NCBI RefSeq assembly: GCF_963921235.1
Contig: NC_086108.1
Location: forward strand, 18,228,001 to 18,292,000
Length of the DNA stretch: 64,000 bases
From: Mobula hypostoma
Lineage: Eukaryota
Direction of reading: 5' to 3'
Below, in pieces: positions 61,121 to 64,000 of this stretch. Position 1 is the first letter of the stretch. Each line of letters opens with the position of its first letter. The notes below the pieces were generated by a model. It had not been told where the DNA came from. It did not search any database and saw only the letters and a program-made list of their open reading frames with translations. A program made the position numbers and the translations under genes.

Positions 61121-61699
61121 CAGTGTTTGTTGGGAAGATACAGTCTTTAAATCAATCTTTTGTTCTCTCTGTTTGAATATTCAGTCAGAAGCCTCAAAGT
61201 GTTCATAAAAATAAGAAACAGTCTCGTTAAGAAGTAGTATGAATATGAGAATTGCCCTAGACTCCACCTGTCTGTTGTTTCGGTTCAGAATACATCATTG
61301 AAAATCTGTTAACCGTTCATAATCCTGTCTTTGCTGTGGTACCAAGCATGAAGCGCTCACCTAACCAATCCTACATTAATCTCCTTTTATTCACCTTTCC
61401 CAAATGCCCATAGAGTTCTCCATATTTCCACACAGTAGGGCAATTTATATTAACTTATGGAGAGAATCTGGTGAGCCCGGAGGAAACTCTCAGAGACACA
61501 GGGAGATTGTGCAAACTCCCCTCAGAGAGCACCCGAGGGCAGGAATTGAACCCGGTTCTCTGCTCCTCTGAGGCTCTATCAGCCATGTCACTCAGGCTGC
61601 TCTTTTTATCCTTCAGGCAAAATAATCTTAACTTTGTAACTGAGCTTATTTTTCTGCAGAAACCCAGAAGTGTCTGTTAAATATCAAATTTGTATTTTA

Positions 61700-62520
61700 C
61701 TCAAATTCAAAGATTCAAAGCACATTTATTATCAAAGAATGTATAAATTATACACCTTGAAATTTGTCTGCTTATAGACAGCCACAAAGTAAAAGACCAA
61801 AATAACCCAATTTAAAAAATGACCAAAAGAACTGTGCAGAGAAAGAGAGGGAGAGAGAGAGAAAAAAACACACACCATGCAAACAGTAGAAGCAACCCAA
61901 CAGCATTCTGAACCAGACTGAGTCCCAGCTCCGTACCCGGAATAGCTGGAGTAGAACCAAGCCAAGTCTCGGCCCCCAGTTCATCACACCAGCAAAGCAG
62001 AAACACACAGCAGCCAGATCAGGTCACAGCCTCAGTGCCGCGGAGAAAGGGATGAACATTTACCGGAGAGTGAGGGAAATTAGCCCAACACTCACCTCTG
62101 TCCTGACACTTGGGCTTTGGGCTTTCCAGTCTATCTGGGCTGACATTTAAGTTGTTCAAGCACTAGACAGAGCCACTTGCTAGGACCCAGATCCCGGTGC
62201 CCAATATGCTTGGGCTGCCCATTCCAAAGCTATTCTCGATCTCACCAAATCAGCTGGGCGCTTGGAGCGATCCAGTCTCGCACCCAGGTTAGATGGATGG
62301 ACATCAAACCTCTTACACACCGACTGCTCTCTAAATTGCTCACTCCACCTTTATGAACTCTGTCTGCAAACCCAGCTTGAACATGTTGTGCCGCACGGCT
62401 CATCCTCCGAAACAGCTTCACCTCCACCTGCCTCCTCGCTGTCTGCAGCGATAGTTCACCAGAATATGCTTCAATATAGCTATTGTTTTCAGTCGAGTCT
62501 CTTGCCTTAAGATCCACCAG
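61700..62520 (-). mobile_element. Probable non-autonomous retroelement with Rex1-like (TTTGAA) tail
   Basis: TTCAAAGATTCAAAGCACATTTATTATC is an antisense LINE-like tail, followed by a CpG-richer body. Family not identified. Confidence 0.4.
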
Positions 62521-63154
62521 TAAGGTATTGCACATCTTCGGAAGTGCCAATAACTTTTCTATTAATATAAAATTATTTGAATCAAATTCAATCAAACAAC
62601 TGCAGATGCTATAAATCTGAAACAAAGACAGACTGCTGCAAACATTCCAGCAGCATCTATGGAGAGAGAATGACAGTAAATATTTCAGGTCTGACGCCCT
62701 TCACCAGAATATGACCCACTAAGTTGAAGTGCTGCCGAAGTTGATAAACTGCAGAGAGATTAACCCTTACCACTGACAGCTCTTGTGTTCAAATAGATTT
62801 ATTTCAAATGGATGTTCTGCCTAAAGTGATAAATTAACCCGCTGGGCTCTTAAACAAGGTCATGGGTGATTTTTATTTTATTTTCCAAACAGTTGATGAA
62901 GGCTTTCAAACTTCAGGAGGTCTGCAGCTTCAATAATTTAAGCAGTTGTCTGCAAACGTGCAGCAGCTGTGTGGCAAGACTTTAACAAACATTTGGACTT
63001 TATACATTTGGGTTCATTTGCTATTTTCTGGAGATGGATCTACAAAGAGGAATCAACTTAATATCTGATAAAATGCTCAGACATTGGCTGCAGTCTCTAA
63101 ACAAAGCTTAGGGGTTTAACTGCATGAAGTTTTAACTGAAGTGAATTTTGTCAG

Positions 63155-63325
63155 TCCAGTGAGGTTGAAACACATAGGAATAAGCCCCCCTCTACCCAGC
63201 ATCTTGTTAACAAATGTACAGTCACTGGGGAACAAGATTGAGGATGGACGACGGGCAAGATTGCTGTATCAGAAGGAAATGGGATTGCTGTGTTCTATGT
63301 TTCACGGATACATGGCTCACTCCTG
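63155..63325 (+). mobile_element. Rex1/Babar LINE endonuclease N-terminal fragment
   Basis: RLKHIGISPPLPSILLTNVQSLGNKIED..RARLLYQKEM, then (frameshift) DCCVLCFTDTWLTP. Confidence 0.75.
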
Positions 63326-63419
63326 GGCTCCTGTGTTTTTCTTTCAATTAGATTCTGGAGTTCCAAACCATAACAGTGGCAATGAGTAAGTTAAAAAACA
63401 AACCAGAGTCAACTACCTA

Positions 63420-64000
63420 CCTGTTGAAGTGCAGAACATTTTTTTTCTAAGCAAGACGGGAGAGAGATGTTTGAGTTAAAAAAATGGCAGAAAATGGATG
63501 AAATCCACCCCATGAAGTCATTGCTACAGATTGGGAAGAAATGGGTATGGATAAAGCAGCATAAGGTGGTTTTCCAAAAGACAAAAGAAATGGTGACATC
63601 AGACACTGTAGCCACACATTATGATCCATATTGTCCAGTGATGCTTGCTGTGATGCCTCGCATTATGCTATAGGTCAGTCATGTCACATGTTATGAGTGA
63701 TGGAAATGAGTACCCTATAGCCTTTGCACCTTTGCATCACATTCCCTTACCGCTGCAGAGGAAAAAATTATGCATAGATTGACAGAGAGGCCTTGAGTCT
63801 GTAAAATGTCTCAACCAGTACATAGAACATAGAACAGCACAGCACAGTACAGGCCCTTCGGCCCACCTTGTTGTGCCAACCCTTAAACCCTGCCTCCCAT
63901 ATAACCCCACACCTTAAATTCCTCCATATACCTGTCAGTACTTGTATGGGAGAGAGGTTACTCTCATTACTGATCATCAACCATTAGTGTCCATTTTCAA
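63420..64000 (+). mobile_element. Degraded Ty3/Gypsy pol (RT connection-RNase H), interrupted by a LINE tail
   Basis: SLLQIGKKWVW..FQKTKEMVTSDTVATHYDP, CDAS-like, PIAFA, NYA*IDREALSL and QYLYGREVTLITDHQPLVSIF. Confidence 0.85.
63822..63935 (-). mobile_element. Short CR1/HE1 3' tail insertion with 6-bp TSD
   Basis: (ATAGAAC)n tail and ACAGGCCCTTCGGCCCAC; CAGTAC duplicated at 63816-63821 and 63936-63941. Confidence 0.8.

Overview
Non-coding, repeat-dominated vertebrate DNA. It is most likely from a cartilaginous fish (ray or shark), inferred from HER1/CR1-type LINEs, HE1-like tRNA-derived SINEs, Rex1/Babar LINEs and Penelope-like GIY-YIG elements. I could not identify a host protein-coding gene. 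The dominant feature is a ~36-kb, strongly strand-asymmetric G/T-rich tandem array (about 12020-47810). Its core unit is 50-52 bp (consensus GAGATGGTATTGGGGATGGGGTAGTGTGTGACTCTGTAGGGTGTGGGGGTGT), with four G-tracts per unit. The array has a homogenised core (about 13560-42240) with nested higher-order duplications (156, ~260, ~362, 1084, ~1552 and ~2036 bp) and older, divergent layers on both sides. It contains a tail-less CR1 RT fragment with an open reading frame, a Rex1 LINE whose interior has been replaced by ~1 kb of inverted satellite, and a rearranged Penelope element. The long His/Pro/Thr/Ser ORFs on the minus strand result from a stop-free repeat unit and are not called as genes. The flanks contain a nested Penelope>SINE>hAT insertion with a 313-bp hairpin, a composite Tc1/mariner-like MITE that captured a LINE tail, a solo LTR with a 4-bp TSD, a 50-bp minisatellite growing out of a CR1 fragment, several degenerate Penelope hammerhead-ribozyme motifs and a Gypsy RT-RNase H relic. 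Coordinates were read by eye; boundaries of degraded elements are approximate.
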